DNA of 64,000 bases from Octopus sinensis (GCF_006345805.1 NC_043011.1:7130001-7194000), one strand, 5' to 3'. Positions 50,648 through 63,846 are shown, counted from the stretch's first letter. Made by a program: numbers and translations. Notes: generated by a model not told the origin, from the sequence alone.

Positions 50648-50803
50648 GGAGTGGCTGTGTGGTAAGTAGCTTGCTTACCAACCACATGGTTCCGGGTTCA
50701 GTCCCATGCGTGGCACCTTGGGCAAGTGTCTTCCACTATAGCCTCGGGCCGACCAAAGCCTTGTGAGTGGATTTGGTAGATGGAAACTGAAAGAAGCCCG
50801 TCG

Positions 50804-50844
<41 letters not shown>

Positions 50845-51050
50845 GTTTGTGTGTCTGTGTTTGTCCCCCTAGCATTGCTTGACAACCGATGCTGGTGTGT
50901 TTATGTCCCCGTTACTTAGCGGTTCGGCAAAAGAGACCGATAGAATAAGTACTGGGCTTACAAAAGAATAAGTCCCAGGGTCAAGTTGCTCGATTAAAGG
51001 CGTTGCTCCAGCATGGCCGCAGTCAAATGACTGAAACAAGTAAAAGAGAG
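50648..51050 (+). mobile_element. CORE-like SINE, full length
   Basis: Reverse complement of 5996-6386. Confidence 0.9.
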
Positions 51051-51939
51051 TATACATATATACATACATACACACGTATAGGCATGTATTTATATATTTT
51101 AAAGAGGTCTTAGGCCATCAGGCAATGGGGTCTGCCGACACACCATAAAGTTGAACCTTTTATGGACAGGAAACCCAGGGAAGCCCCATAAACCAGCCTT
51201 CGCCAGATGATAATATGGACTGCTCTTTCTTAGAGTGTACTTCTTCTCCAGATTTACGTTTTTCTAATGATGATGTGGGGTGTAACCAGCCCTCATTCAC
51301 TGGACAATAAACCTTGCTTGGGAAGACCTATTGAGGCAAGTGAAATCGAATCAAAATTGCTGTTTATGTAATCTATGGAACATTATTGAACAGGGTGTCT
51401 TTTATTCTGGCATAGGTGTATCTGGGACTGTATTAACTGATGTGTTCCTTGTATTTACATAAATCGCTGATGTGGCCGATGACAGTACTGCCCAATTGGC
51501 GCTCGTGCCAGTGAAATGTTAGAAGCACTATTTGAGTGTGATTGTTGCCGGGGCACAGATTGGTCCCATCCCAGTGGCACTTAAAAAGCACCATTCGACC
51601 GTGATCGGTGCCAGCGTCACCTTAATGGTACATTCGCCGGTGGCACATGAAAAACAACATTCAAGCATGGCCGTTGCTATTGCCACCAGACTGGCTCCCA
51701 TGCAGGTAGCACTTAAAAAAAACACCTTTTGAGTGTTGTCGGTGACATGTAAAAAGCACCCACTACACTCTCGGAGTGGTTAGCATTAGGAAGGGCATCC
51801 AGCTGTAGAAACTTTGCCAGATCAGATTGAGCCTGGTGCTTTAGTCTTATATTTATGGACTACCATATTAGCTTGGCAATAACTATTAATATCCAGTACC
51901 GCTGCCGTAGTCTCCTTTAGAGAAACTTAGAAATTTTAA

Positions 51940-51969
<30 letters not shown>

Positions 51970-51975
<6 letters not shown>

Positions 51976-52925
51976 ACTGCCATGCTACATGGCAGTGAAA
52001 CATGGGCCGTGACTGCTGAGGACATGCGTAAGCTCATGAGGAATGAAGCCAGTATGCTTTGATGGATGTGTAATGTCTGTGTACTTACTCGACAGAGTGT
52101 TAGTTCCCTAAGAGAAATGTTGTACCTAAGAAGCATCAGTTGTTGCGTGCAAGAGAGACGATTGCGATGGTATGGTCATGTGGCGAGAATGGATGAAGAT
52201 AGGTGTGTGAGAAAGTGCCAATCCCTAGCAGTTGAGGGAACCCGTGGAAGAGGTAGACCCAGGAAAACCTGGGACGAGGTGGTGAAGCACGACCTTCGAA
52301 CATTAGGTCTCACCATGGAAATGACCAGAGACCGAGACCTATGGAAGTATGCTGTGCGTGAGAAGACCCGGCAAGACTAGTGAAGCCATAACCCGTGGCC
52401 CCTACCTGGGACGTAGTCAGTCCGCCTGTGCATACCTTCCTGCTTGTGACACTTGTGAAGACCTGTTGAGGCAAGTCAAATCAAAGTCAAATCGAATCAA
52501 AATAGATGAACATCAATGGAATTTGTATCCTTGTGGTACCAGTGCCGGTGGCACATAAGAAAACCATCCGAACGGGACCGTAGCCAGTACCGCATCGACT
52601 GGCCTCCGTGCTGTGGGCACGTAACAAACACCGTCCGAGCGTGGCCGTCTGCCAGCCTCGTCTGGCACCTGTGTCGGTGGCACATAAAAACACCATCCGA
52701 GCGTGGCCGTTTGCCAGCCTCGTCTGGCACCTGTGTCGGTGGCACATAAAATCACCCACTACACTCTCGGAGTGGTTGGCGTTAGGAAGGGCATCCAGCT
52801 GTAGAAACACTGCCAGATCTGACTGGCCTGGTACAGCCTTCGGGCTCCCCAGACCCCAGTTGAACCGTCCAACCCATGCTAGCATGGAAAGCGGACGTTA
52901 AACGATGATGATGATGATGATATAT
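51970..52925 (+). mobile_element. RTE LINE 3' end
   Basis: RRLRWYGHVARM...GRPRKTW; 3' UTR modules; (GAT)n tail; (TA)n on both flanks. Confidence 0.92.
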
Positions 52926-52989
52926 ATATATATATATATATACATATAGCACGAACATTTGATCATCACTATAAACAAGTCATTTGTAC

Positions 52990-53247
52990 AAGGGCTGTGG
53001 AGTCAAAACAAAAAAACTTTGACTCCGACTCCTCTATTAATGGCACCTCTGACTCTTCTTGTGGTCTACATCACTCATAAACGCATATGCATATGCTTGT
53101 ACTCTGAGTAGGCCTACATGTTATAACTGGTTTATATTAAAGAATAAAGATGTTGTGAGTCGGAGTCAGTCAGTATAGTTTTACTGACTCCAACTCCAGC
53201 TACCCCTTAACTATTTCCGACTCCAAGACTCTGACTCCACAGCCCTG
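52990..53247. mobile_element. hAT-superfamily MITE
   Basis: TIR (C)AGGGCTGTGGAGTC; internal GGAGTC/GACTCC repeats; 8-bp TSD ATTTGTAC at 52982-52989 and 53248-53255. Confidence 0.85.
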
Positions 53248-54574
53248 ATTTGTACAGATTATTGAACAAGAATTTGCTGGACCTTCTTTCTCTGTCTACA
53301 AGTGACTCCCACCATATATGTATGTATGTGTGTGTGTTTATATATATATACATATGGTGGTTGTTTACTCCTTATGCAGAGTCTGACCACCTTAGAACCA
53401 TCATGGTACCTGATGTGGCATTTTAAACCAGACAATGTTTTGCAAAGACACCCACATAGATTGCGTATCCAATTTGAACCAGCAAAAGCTGCAGTTAAAT
53501 TCTGATCTTTATGGATCTAGCCGTAGAAACATTGCCAGATCAAACTGGGCCTGGTGCAGCCTTCTGGCTTCCCAGACCCCAGTTGAACCGTCCAACCCAT
53601 GCTAGCATGGAAAGCAGACGCTAAACGATGATGATGATATGTATGTATGTATCTACGTAGAGTACATGGCTTAATGGTTAAGGCATTGCATTCATGACCG
53701 CAAGATCGTGGTTGAAATTCCTGGACCCCTAGGCTATGCATCTTCGTTTACATGTGTGTAAAGGGTGCATGGCGTAGTGGTTAAGTTGTTGCATTCACAA
53801 CCATGGGATTGTGATTTCAATTCCAGGACTGGGTGAGGCATTGTGCTCTTGAGCGAAACACTTCATTTCTTATTGCTCTGCAATCACTTTGACACCTAAC
53901 ATGTGGGGTACACCATGGCCCCTGTTCAGGAAACATCGATTTGATGGAGAGAGAGTGAGGTTTATGTACAACACAAACGTTTGATCGCTGTAAGCGAATC
54001 ATTTGTGGAGATTGTTCAGCAAGAAACTGCAGCACCGTCTACCTTGGACTACAAGAGACAACCACCATCCACTGCTTCCATTCCTGATATCTGTGACATT
54101 CAACAGTTTTTAGATGTGACCATCCCTGTCTGCTCTTGGGCCCTCCTCCCCCCTTGACTGGCACAACTTCAGACAAACAATTGACATGAATATGCAATAA
54201 TTATATAAAACAGACAATATGTCATATCTCATTGACTGAGGATATTCTATCAACATGCTGTTGTTAGTATTGCCATTGTTATTGTCAGTCAAAGCGTATT
54301 CCAAGTGGCCTCCTCCAAAGAGAAGTGGAATATCAATTTTTGGTGAGAAATACAAGTTGCCTTATCCTCTTTCCCGACTCTGATCCAGCTGACGTTTTCC
54401 CACAGGAAACGGGCCGCACGTGAAATGGTAATGAGCTCCAAATAACCAGTGGACGACATGGCATGCACAACGACAAACAATATGGCTGACTGACGTAAAT
54501 GCTACAGGGTGGGGGTGGGAGGTAAGATGTAGTGGCGGCAGTGAAGGAGGAGGAGGAAGGAAAGCAGAAGAACA

Positions 54575-54736
54575 TCATCATCATCATCATCATCATTATT
54601 ATTATTATTATTATTTATGTTTATGTTTTCCAGTTTCAGCTCTTGAGCTGTGACCATGCTGGGGCACCGCCATTTATTGTTATTATTGTTATTATTATTA
54701 TTATCATTATTATTATTATTGTTATTATTATTATTA

Positions 54737-54776
<40 letters not shown>

Positions 54777-54845
54777 CATTATTATTATTATTGTTATTAT
54801 TATTATTATCATTATTATTATTATTATTATCATTATTATTATTTC
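54575..54845. repeat. (ATC)/(ATT)n microsatellite with an embedded SINE tail
   Basis: Visible directly in the sequence. Confidence 0.95.
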
Positions 54846-56499
54846 AGACTGCTGCCAGCTACATAGTTTATTTCTCAGAGCAGCAACTCAGATCTGTTAG
54901 AATCATTTGGTTCCATTTTCTAAGACAAGCTTTGAATTTTAATTCATTTAACTTCAGTGATGGTTACCAGTTTGTGTGTGTGTGTGATGATGATGATGAT
55001 AGCATTATATATATTATGCTTGTCTAATTATAGGACTGTCAGATAAATTCGTTTGTTTTCTTTTCCTCCTCTCTTGACACACCATAATCATCATCATCAT
55101 CATCATTGTTTAACGTCCATCTTCCATTCATGGAAGCCGACCAAGTAGAAAAAGTACCCTAGGCTACTGTGTCATCATTGAGTATCTGAAAAGTGGGGAA
55201 ATTTATTTGAGTTTCAAAAACGATAGATGAAAGCTAAGGAGGAAGAATAAAACTACCAAAACAAAACAAAAAAAAAAACAACAGAAAAATACATAAAACA
55301 GTATGATAAAATATAATTTTCTCGTATTAATTAAAATATTGGCATTAGGAAGGTTATCCAGCTGTAGAAACCTTGCCAGATCAGACTGGAGCCTGGTGCA
55401 GCCTCCTGGCTTGCCAGTCCCCTGTCGAACCGTCCAACCCATGCCAGCATGGAAAACGGACGTTAAACGATGATGATGATGATGATGATGAACATTTCAA
55501 AGAATTGAAATAAATCAAAGGGAATTTTTCCTGTCTTAAAATTTCTCTGAGTCTATCCTTGGAGCCATTCATCTTTTATTCAAATGTTTTGTTGTTGTTT
55601 TTTTCTAATGTCAACCACTGATATTGGTCAATGTCTTAATATCATTTACCTGGCAAAGACAGGTGTTTTTACTAACGACTCCGAAGCTTGTTTTGAATCC
55701 TTTAAAAGCTGTTGGGTGTCTTCATTAACAAGTCTAACCGGTTCGTTTAAGTTTTAAGGAATTGTGGTTTTTCTTGTAGATTTTGTTTTTGTTTCATTCT
55801 GTTGGTTTCTCATGTCATTTGAGTTTGGGTGTGGTGGATTACATCAACTCACCTTCTCCTGTATTTATTTTATGAACCTAGGATGGGTGAAATGGGAAAT
55901 GTAACTGGACGGAATTTGAACTCTGAACATGAAGATGATATCATCATCACTACCATCATCATTATCCCCATCGTTTGGTGTCTGTATTCCATGCTCAGAT
56001 GGGTCTGATGGTTCAGCAAGATCCAGCAAGCCAGAGGGCAGTGTTCAGTGTCAATGCCTATTAACACAACGTTTCTATGGCTGCATGCCCTTCCTAACAC
56101 CAGCCACTGTGTGTGTGTGTATGTGTGTAAGTTATCAACTACATATACTTAATGTATAGGTTCCACATACTTGCTGGTAGGTTGCGATTTGCCAGCTTGC
56201 CTGATGGCAAGTGGGCCCTGCGACGCCATTAGAATCCATATATGGGGGCCCATGTTAGTATCTAAGGGGCCCATCCCCCTTTCTTTTTTGGAATTTTTTA
56301 TTCACTCCTGGAAGAATGCATTATTTCAACCTGGCTGTGTTTGTAGACGGATGAAAAGAATACTTTTAACAAAAAAACAAAATTAAATGATAGCTTTGTA
56401 TTTGCGGGTGGGCCCCTTTGTAGTTGCAGGTGGGCCCCCTTAGTCTCTTGGCAACCAATATTTTTTAATCCAGTCTGCCTCTGACACGAACCATATACA

Positions 56500-56688
56500 T
56501 TAAGGGTATATGTGATTGTTAGCCACTACACACACTTTTTTTCTCTCCTTGTTTTTTCTGTGTCCCTTCTGTAGAAGAGCGTAGGCTCGAAACGTAAAAG
56601 ACTTTTTCTATTCCTGAGCGTTATAGTAATACATCTGTTCATTTTGTACACCACCTGTCTTCGTCTTTGTTTTTTTTCTTGAACTCTA

Positions 56689-56690
<2 letters not shown>
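56500..56690 (+). mobile_element. Penelope-type short repeat with hammerhead-like core (56565-56600)
   Basis: cctt-CTGTAGA-A-GAGC(gtag)GCTC-GAAACGTA-aaag, then TTCCTGAGCG and a T-rich tail as at 34085-34270. Confidence 0.55.
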
Positions 56691-56728
<38 letters not shown>

Positions 56729-56738
56729 CTTCTGCTAC

Positions 56739-56785
56739 TCTAGACCGATGATGGGCAAAGACCCTGAAACATGCGTGTCTCTAGA
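56739..56785 (+). ncRNA. Type I hammerhead-like motif with complete three-stem layout
   Basis: TCTAGA-CCGATGA-tGGG(caaaga)CCCt-GAAA-CA(tgcg)TG-TC-TCTAGA; GUC triplet; U4-to-C change. Confidence 0.55.
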
Positions 56786-56942
56786 TGCAGGCCTAGCTGT
56801 TGGGGGTATTTGTCTCCCCTTCGTAAATATATAAGGACACAGGAAATGTGTTGAAGCCAACAGGAAGCGTCGATGCTTCCTAGGGCTAAACAGCGGTGGT
56901 GTAATTCCCTACTGTCACGTTAAGTTGACAGTATACAACCAC

Positions 56943-56973
<31 letters not shown>

Positions 56974-58497
56974 AATATACTGGGGTCCTGGTTCGGGAGT
57001 TCCAAGTTTATGAGGAGTGTGCAACGACCTCTCAGCTACTATTGTCCCCAGTTCTACTCAGACTCCTAGTAGTGTTACCTGTTAGGATTCCAGCTATGGG
57101 GTTAAGTAGTGTATTAGGACCAGACTATGCATTCGGGGACTGTGCAGAAAAAACCTCCGTGATTCAACGGAGGTGGTGGGGGAGGGGCAGCTGCAGGAAT
57201 GCATTGTGGAGTGCAAGAGAGAGCTAGTAAGATGTCTTGGCCATCTCCTGCATCCGTCTCCAAAGTTGACTTTGATCGGATTTGAACTCAGAACATAAAG
57301 ACGGACGAAATGTTGCTAAGCATTTCGCCCATCGCGTTAACGATTCTGTCAGCTCGCTGTCTCCCTTTATTAAATATATTAACATTAATTCAATTATCCC
57401 CATCTAATTTGTGTATCCGTGTAATTTACGCCCACGGAAGGCTATTTGGCCTAAATTGGCTTGCAACTTGTTTAAACTATTTCGTTTTCGTATTTGGTTA
57501 GAAAAATAGAGCAGTCAGTGAAAATTGAATTAGATGGCTATCAATTTCAGCAAGGTAAATAAATAATAGTGCATGCTGTCAAACAAGTTTATTTCAATAT
57601 TTAAATTTACATTTTGCTTTCGTAAAATTATCAAGCGTCACACAACGACACTTGTTGTAGGGTGTTATCAGAGTAGTGTCCCTTCAATTCAATGTGGGGC
57701 CTTCAGCTGCTTTGTCTTTCGGTTTTGGTGTTTCGTAACAGCAGATCGGCAGACGATGATAGGATTTTTAGGTACTTCGAAACCCACCAAGCTGAGTGTT
57801 CGTTTCCTGTTAGTTTTTCTCTGTCTTGTGATGTTGCCAATTACGTGGCTCATAAGTCTCAAGGCTGGGCGTGTCATGTGATAGGAAGTTACTCTCTTAG
57901 AAATGTGTATACAGCACAGTGTTTTTGCCTATGATAATAATAATAATAATAATAATAGTAATAATAATAAATGGCTTCTGATTTTATCTGTTTGAAAGTG
58001 TTATCGTGTACATTGTTTTGTCTTGATATAAAAAAAAATTAGCTACAGCAAATATTCTGCTCAATACCACAGATTTGCTTGTCAGTTGTTTGACCATAAC
58101 CAGCTGAGCATGTCCCTTAGTGGCTGACAATATGTGCATCTCTGATCATGAGCAGAAGTAGTGGGGGAGCATCATAGCCGTGTGTTGAGAGGGATTCTTT
58201 GGGGTTTGAATAATTCACCTCTGGGAACATGGGTGTTTCGTTCAACATCCGTACACAATCCTTATTCGGGGACCTTTTGAGCGGGATGGGTTACTCAACC
58301 TGAAGAAAATTCTAACTGGGCCCCACCTGCAAGGTCAGGTGCTGTTTATCTTGATATGAGATCACCATGTAGCGCACATATGGTTGTGATGCATGTGCCT
58401 GGTGTACCCTTATCAGATGGGTATACTGGACTTTGTATATTTTACGCCAGTGTCACTTTGATGGCATGCACTGATCTCTCACTCAATAATGATAATA

Positions 58498-58752
58498 ATC
58501 ATCATCGTTTAACGTCCGTTCTCCATGCTAGCATGGGTTGGACGGTTCGACCGGGGGTCTGGGAAGCCAGAAGGCTGCACTAGGCTCCAGTCTGATCTGG
58601 CAGTGTTTCTACAGCTGGATGCCCTTCCTAACGCCAACCACTCCGTGAGTGTAGTGGGTGCTTTTTACATGCCACCTGCACCGGTGCCAGGCGAGGCTGG
58701 CAATGGCCACAATCGGATTGGTGCATTTTACGTGCCTCCGGCACGGAAGCCA
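58498..58752 (-). mobile_element. RTE LINE 3' UTR fragment
   Basis: Family 3' UTR. Confidence 0.85.
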
Positions 58753-60102
58753 GTAATAATAATAATAACAGCCCTTTCTACTAAAGACACAAGGCCTGAA
58801 ATTTGTGCAGAGGGGACTAGTCGATTACAGTGTCGATTACTAGTCGATTACATAATTTATTGACCCCAAAAGGATGAAAGGCAAAGTCGACACTGGCAGA
58901 ATTTGAACCCAGAACATAAACATGCCAACGATTCTGCCAGCTTGCTGCCTTATAATAATTCTTTCTACTATAGAAACAAGGTCTGAAATTTTTGTCTGAG
59001 GAGGTTGGTCAATTACATCGACTCCAAGTTTCCAGCTAGCAAGTTATTTTATCAACCCCAAAAGAATGAAAAACAAAGGCGACCTCAGCGGAATTTGAAC
59101 TCAGAATGTAAACATGGAAGGAAATGCCACGAAGCATTTTCTTCAGTGTGCAAATGATTCTATCTGCTCACCATATTTTTTTCTTATAGCTTTTAGTAAT
59201 AATTCCTCCTACAGTAGGTACAAGGTCTGAAATTTTGTAGGAAGAGGCGACTCGGTTACATCGACCCCATTATTCAACTGGTATTAAGTTTATCAATCAA
59301 CCTTGCCGGAATCTGAACTCAGAACTTAAGGAAGACAGAATATAAAAAAATATATTAAAATGTTTGTTTATGTACAATCTGTTTACAAATCGTATACATT
59401 TCTGCCGTGACCTCTATTGTTTGTTTACTGCTACTCATTCGAGAGATAAACACCAGCTTTGCAATCTCACGCATACAAGGAAGTTATGTGTAATAATAAA
59501 ATATATTTAGCTTCACTATCAGAAAATAGATCCAAGGCCATTGGTACCGAGAATCAAAATTGGTCGAACGTTGTGTATTATGGATGAGGTTTTCAGTTAA
59601 TTAGTTAATTGCTAGTAATCACTTTGTGCCGGTCATGAGGGCCAAACATCCCTGAAAGTTTCATCCGAATCCATCCAGTGGTTCTTGAGACAAATTGTCC
59701 ACGGACAAACAAACAAACATGACTGAAAACAATACCTTCGTTAAGGTGGAGGTACTAATAGTACTCTTACTAGTATTACTCCACAACAGCTGGGCTTACA
59801 AAGAATAAGAATACTGAGCTTACAAAGAATAAGTCCCGGGGTTGATTTGCTCGACTAAAGGCGGTGCTCCAGCATGGCCGCAGTCAAATGACTGAAACAA
59901 GTAAAAGAGTAAATTGTGGGGAACATAAATTTCTGTTCCTTTAACACAGGTTAGGGAAAAGCAGGAGAGGGCTGATATTTCAATAGAACATGGCCAAAAT
60001 GTTGGCCTGGATCAGGGTGCAACAGTTGTTGTAAGGGGTCGGTTTGCAGATCCTTTACTCTAACACTAACGAAATGCTTTGATTGACCCTTTCTATTTGC
60101 AG

Positions 60103-60205
60103 GACTTTTGACAGCAATTGTACCTACATCAACTACAAGATAGCAAACCAGATCATATCTTGGAATACTGCAGACTGCGGAACCGGAATGAAATGCTTGT
60201 ATTCC
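60103..60205 (+). CDS. Uncharacterised type II membrane protein, exon 2 (g+TFDSNCTYINYKIANQIISWNTADCGTGMKCLYS)
   Basis: CACTAAC branch site at 60064-60070, tttgcAG acceptor, GTAAGT donor. Completes the W codon from exon 1; phase 2 to 0. Confidence 0.9.
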
Positions 60206-61139
60206 GTAAGTAATTGCTTCAATTTTTATTTTCATTTTTAGGGGTCAGTACTGATGACCCTTGCAGGCCATCTATGGGTGGTGAGATTTATGTTAATGTT
60301 ATATCTAAACTGTTGTAGATGAACAACTGCAGGGTGGACATATCAGAGGGGATGGGCTTGACAGGACTGGTGAAGGTTGGATAACTGGCTCCCTATCGGT
60401 CATGCCAAGGATTCCAGTTGACCCAATCAACAGAACAGCCGGCACGTGAAATTAACATGCAAGTGACTGAGTACTCCACAGAATGTGACATGGCTGGCCC
60501 CCTTTGAATTACTGGTACAACTCGTTTTTGCCAGCTGAGTGCACTGGAGCAACGTGAAATAAAGAGTCTTGCTCAAGGACACAACACACGGCTGGGTATC
60601 GAACTCAGAACTCTACAACCGTGGGGCAACACTAAGCCACACATTGAGGGTTGAATACGACAAGGATGCCAAAAGTTGGTGGGACCAGTGGGCTGGAAGG
60701 AAAGGGCACAGGTCCAGGTAGGTCTGAGTGGGGAGACATGTTGCTTATAGGGCAGAACCTGGAACGTGTGTGAGAGTGATTCAAAGCTAATGAGTCAATC
60801 AGTGGCCGTTTTCTAATATAAAAGAACCACAGAATGTCTGAGTCACAAAGCATCCGGACGAGAGACCAGACAGCGATGGGTTGTGTCAGGACTGCGGAGT
60901 TGGTGCACAAATGCTTCGAATCTGACTCCTCCATTTCTAATTATGCTATTGATAAATTTAATCATCAGCATCATCATCATCATTCATCATCTGTTTTCCA
61001 TATTGACATGGATTGGATGGTTTGACAGGAGCTGGCAAGGCCAGGGGCCCACACCAGGTTCCACTGCATGTTCTGGCATGGTTTCTGCAGAGTGCACTGG
61101 GTGTCTTAGAACAATATGGAAGTCAACCCCACCAGATAA

Positions 61140-61580
61140 ATTGAAGAGCAGTTGTTGAATCTGTGCTTGTCTATGGATCTCCAACTTGGACTCTCACCAA
61201 GAGACTCTGGTGCATGCTGGACAGTGCCTGCACTAGACTGTCACGTGCAGTGCTCAACATCTCTTGCAAGGAGAACCCAACAAAGCAACGGTTATATGGG
61301 AATAGGAATAAACCAACTTTCTCATCAAACATCCAAGAGCAGAGATTGAGGTTTGCTGGTCACTGCTGGAGAAGTAAAGAAGAATTTGTGAGTAACGTGT
61401 GGCTGTGGACACCAAATCGTGGTACCACAGCGGCCGGAAGACCACAGAAGACGTATATACAACAGCTTGCAGAAGATGTTGGATGCCAAGTTTGAAGACC
61501 TAGAAACACTAATGGAAGATCAAGAGGGATGGAGAGAGGTAATCAAGCTGGTCCGGGCAATCAGCTTGACTGGATGATGC
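61140..61580 (+). mobile_element. RTE-like LINE C-terminal fragment (second family)
   Basis: LVYGSPTWTLTK...RLRFAGHCWRSK...GRPQKTYIQQL. Confidence 0.8.
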
Positions 61581-61959
61581 CTCGATAATCGGGGGCATTT
61601 TATGTGGCACCAGCACTGAGTGATTTGCAAGATAAAAACCTTTAAAATTTAATATCCTCTAAAAGAAAAAAAAATCAATCACTGACTTTATGTCTACCTA
61701 GAGAAGACAACCAGGAGTTGCTGCAGTTATTGTATAACTCTGAGCATCTCACCTTTTTTTTTATATTCTTTAAAATAATACCCTTTATGATTTAGGTGAG
61801 ATTTGGCTGCTAGTTCTAGTATATTAAGTAACCACATAGAGGCTCCCTGTTTGGCTCAAGACAAACATGCCTCCACTTTTCATCTCTGATAATGCTCTGA
61901 TTGTATTATGTCTTAAATTTTCACCTTTATTCATATTCTGTATTTATTTTTCATTTCAG

Positions 61960-62073
61960 CTCACGTCTCATAACGCCAGCCTCATTTTAGGTTCCCATAA
62001 AACACCAAAATGGCATTTTACTGATTCTTTCTATTTTGCCTTTAATTCTGACAACTCAACATGTTACGTGGAG
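61960..62073 (+). CDS. Uncharacterised type II membrane protein, exon 3 (LTSHNASLILGSHKTPKWHFTDSFYFAFNSDNSTCYVE)
   Basis: tttcAG acceptor, GTAAGT donor, 114 nt, phase 0 to 0. Confidence 0.9.
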
Positions 62074-62094
62074 GTAAGTGGCACCAAACTATTC

Positions 62095-62595
62095 ATACAT
62101 CATTTACGTTTGACGGATATTTGTCTTCATCTTGTTTGTTATTAACACCTTTAACTCTGAGCACCTTTTCAAACTCCACCCATCTAACACCCGTGGACAT
62201 ATTTACAAAGTAAGAAAACAGCACAGCTCCCATGACTTTAGGAAACATTTTTTCACGCTGAGAGTTGCTGAAGCATGGAACAAGATGCCAGCATCAGTTG
62301 TTAGTTGTCGGAGCACTGCATCCTTCAAAACTTCCATGCTTCCTGAGATTCGCCAACACTACACCTGATTTTCTCCCCTCCATACACACGTGAGCATGTA
62401 TCTGACTCATGCATTGTTTGCTTTCCAGACATTTGTACATTACTGCATGTGCTTTATACGCACTTTTGACAAGTTGTGGTGCACCTGAGCACTGTATACA
62501 ATAATTTCATTATTATTATAACACGTTTCGGCTGATATACCCTCCAGCCTTCATTTCAAACCTGGGTTCTCATTCCTAAGGTATTTTTTGATGTT
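62095..62595. mobile_element. Family-1 hammerhead tail (minus) split by a CR1 3' fragment (62149-62520, plus)
   Basis: Pieces match 5380-5510; TAACAC at both junctions (62143-62148, 62519-62524). Confidence 0.75.
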
Positions 62596-63048
62596 TGGTT
62601 TGGTTTCTACAGCTGGATGCCCTTCCTTTACAGTGTGTGCCAGCTGCTCCTTCTGTGCCACTGGCATGGGTGCATTTATGTGGCACAGACACACGTGGCA
62701 CCAGTATGAATGCATTTTACATGAAGACTGGTCAGCCCCTACCAGCTGCAGATCAAGCGGACTCTAGTATGGGAACAGATAGCTACTGAAAAAAAGATGA
62801 TGCATGTATGCATGTGTGTATGTGTCAGTGTCTTGACATCACATGTTAGTCGTAAAGGAGTGCCACTGTCATACCAGCAGTGTCATTCATTTCTATTTTT
62901 CTGCAAAACGTGTCTGGCAATAGAGAAATATTACCTTATTTGGTGACAGTGGGGCCATCTAGCCATAGGAAACCTACTTCAGTAAACTTAGTCTGAGACA
63001 TGTAAGAATGGAAAAGTGAAAAATTAAAACCATGATGATGACTTAGAG

Positions 63049-63262
63049 CAATGCTTTTCAAACTTTTTGCTGGAGCGGAACCCCAAGGAAACATTCCACT
63101 GGCTCAGGGAACCCCTGTGCAATAATTTAATAGTCTTATGCACACATATCTGCACAGGAGAATTAAAAATTACTGCTGATTTTAGCAGTTTTGTAACTTC
63201 TTGCGGAACCCCTGGACTGTACTGACGGAACCCTAAGGTTCCGCGAAACCCTGGTTGAAAAC
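63049..63262. mobile_element. hAT-like MITE
   Basis: Ends resemble CAGTG-TTTTCAAACT...CTGGTTGAAAA; internal GGAACCC/GGTTCC repeats. Confidence 0.45.
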
Positions 63263-63767
63263 TTAGAGGATCTTCTATAGCCATCCCCACCTTGGCTAAT
63301 ATTTTTCTATGTTTTGCTGCCATATGGAACCATCAGCAGAATTACTGCAACATGTCCCCAGATGTTTCTTCCAGTTCTGATTCTTGTCATTGCTTCCTTA
63401 TAGAAAATTTTGTTGTAAGCATTTTTGCCGTTGGAAAATTTGCTCTAAAAAAATAAAAGTTACAGCAAAAAGTACATTATTTGTGCAGCATTTCTTGGAA
63501 TTTTCGTATATTTTATTTTTAAAAATGCTGATATAATAAACGTTATCATTGTCCATACAGCGAATTTTCCCATGGTAAGTGTCTACCAAGAATTTTCTGG
63601 TCACAGTTTTTGCTCAGATTTGGCTCAAATGTCAGAATACGACCCCCCCCCCCGTAACTGCTTTACCAATTCTGTGATTCCGTTCTTCACATCACTCTGC
63701 TTCTACTTCTTCCATCTCCTCTTTCTGATGATATGACATACTCATCCTCTGTTTTTACCATTTCTAG

Positions 63768-63846
63768 GGAGTTTCATCTTCTGATTCTTGGTTTGCTCTG
63801 CTGGATTTTGGCGTCAACTACTGTAATCTCCATAATATAATAACAG
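63768..63846 (+). CDS. Uncharacterised type II membrane protein, exon 4 (GVSSSDSWFALLDFGVNYCNLHNIIT+g); gene continues past the window
   Basis: tttctAG acceptor, GTATGA donor, phase 0 to 1; in frame with exon 3. Confidence 0.88.
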
